DNA of 64,000 bases, from the NCBI RefSeq assembly GCF_054482595.1, contig NZ_CM137008.1; one strand, written 5' to 3'. Position numbers and translations under genes: made by a program. Each line of letters begins with the position of its first letter. Positions within the stretch are counted from its first letter, which is position 1. Positions 63,296 to 64,000 of this stretch are shown one piece after another. The notes under the pieces were generated by a model. It saw nothing but the letters and a program-made list of their open reading frames with translations. It did not search any database and was not told the DNA's origin.

Positions 63296-64000
63296 ATGAA
63301 AGCGGCAATAGCATTATCCTTATTAGGATGCGTATTCGGATTTTCTGGCAAGGCATTTGCCGGAGATGCGTGGGGGCCATGTACCCCCGCGGATGGCACG
63401 ACTTATCACTATAATGTCGATGTGGATGTTGGTATACCTGATGCGGCAAAAAACGTCGCAGGAACGGTTTTACCGGATGTCCTTAACTGGTCTAATGGAC
63501 AAAACGTATCGCTAATTTGTGAATGTCCTGATTCTTATAAGAATGAAAAAGATACTCTAGTACAAGGGGTGAGTATGCTTCCCCCTTCTGGCCGTTCGGT
63601 TGACAGTATGAAATATTATACTTTGACGGAGGAACTGGAGGTTGCGACGAAAATTCGCATCAGTACCAGTGTGTATGGATTTGTTCCTTTCAAAAACCAG
63701 CAGGCGCTGCAAACAACCGGATGCAACAAAGTCATTACTACGCCCTATATGGGCGGCGCAGGTCTACTTTCCTTTGCTATTACTAAACCCTTTATCGGCG
63801 ATTCAGTCATCCCTCCCACGTTAATTGCCGAACTGTATGCCTCCAAAACAAATAAAGATTACGGAACAATGCCAATATCTTCCGTATCTATTCAGGGCCG
63901 CGTCACCATAACCCAGGATTGCGAAATTAAACCTGGCACGGTGCTGGATGTGCCATTTGGTGAATTCCCCTCCTCGGCATTCAAAAACAGGCAAGGGCAA
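63296..64000 (+). CDS. lpfD: fimbrial minor or tip subunit, 5' part (runs off the right edge)
   Basis: My own translation from the ATG at 63296 (AAGGAG upstream) gives MKAAIALSLLGCVFGFSGKAFA/GDAWGPCTPADGTTYHYNVDVDV.... It stays open to the window end (235 codons). It is absent from the ORF track because no stop is reached. Confidence 0.8.
   Translation, partial: MKAAIALSLLGCVFGFSGKAFAGDAWGPCTPADGTTYHYNVDVDVGIPDAAKNVAGTVLPDVLNWSNGQNVSLICECPDSYKNEKDTLVQGVSMLPPSGRSVDSMKYYTLTEELEVATKIRISTSVYGFVPFKNQQALQTTGCNKVITTPYMGGAGLLSFAITKPFIGDSVIPPTLIAELYASKTNKDYGTMPISSVSIQGRVTITQDCEIKPGTVLDVPFGEFPSSAFKNRQGQ

Overview
This window reads as an Escherichia coli chromosomal segment. It is syntenic, in inverted orientation, with the K-12 interval from yhjX to mtlD. 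All identifications rest on my recollection of K-12 protein sequences and lengths and on motifs read from the sequence; no database search was possible.

Core gene order, left to right: mtlD' - mtlA - yibI - yibH - [Rhs locus] - yibF - selAB - yiaY - aldB - yiaWV - yiaU - yiaT - [sugar island] - ysaA - avtA - malS - bax - xylR - xylHGF / xylAB - yiaB - yiaA - wecH - ysaB - glyQS - hokA/sokA - cspA - yiaG - yiaF - ghrB - yiaD - bisC - yiaC - tag - yhjY - yhjX - lpfABCD'.

I saw no rRNA, tRNA, CRISPR array, IS element or prophage gene.

Four accessory or variable regions stand out:
1. A stacked Rhs polymorphic-toxin locus (about 4.7-14.0 kb). It has a full-length PAAR-type rhsA carrying a cysteine-rich C-terminal toxin I cannot place, followed by a 3-TM immunity candidate. 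Two downstream orphan core-fragment/toxin/immunity modules follow: one RhsD/DUF4329-like with a YbbC/NTF2-like immunity, and one with an L,D-transpeptidase (Tlde1/DUF2778-like) signature and a secreted immunity. Also present are a 13-codon relic of what I recall as the K-12-type RhsA tail and a yibA immunity gene inactivated by an in-frame TGA.
2. A GH127 / GPH-transporter / AraC cassette occupies the place of the K-12 yiaJ-yiaK...sgbE locus. A 47-codon IclR-type relic, presumably the yiaJ 3' end, marks the junction.
3. A hokA/sokA type I toxin-antitoxin locus is present with no IS in or beside it.
4. A long polar fimbriae (lpf) operon lies beyond yhjX, with an uninterrupted usher gene.

The best candidate for something uncharacterised is the rhsA C-terminal domain and immunity pair at 9525-10303. 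I cannot exclude that it belongs to a family a profile search would recognise.
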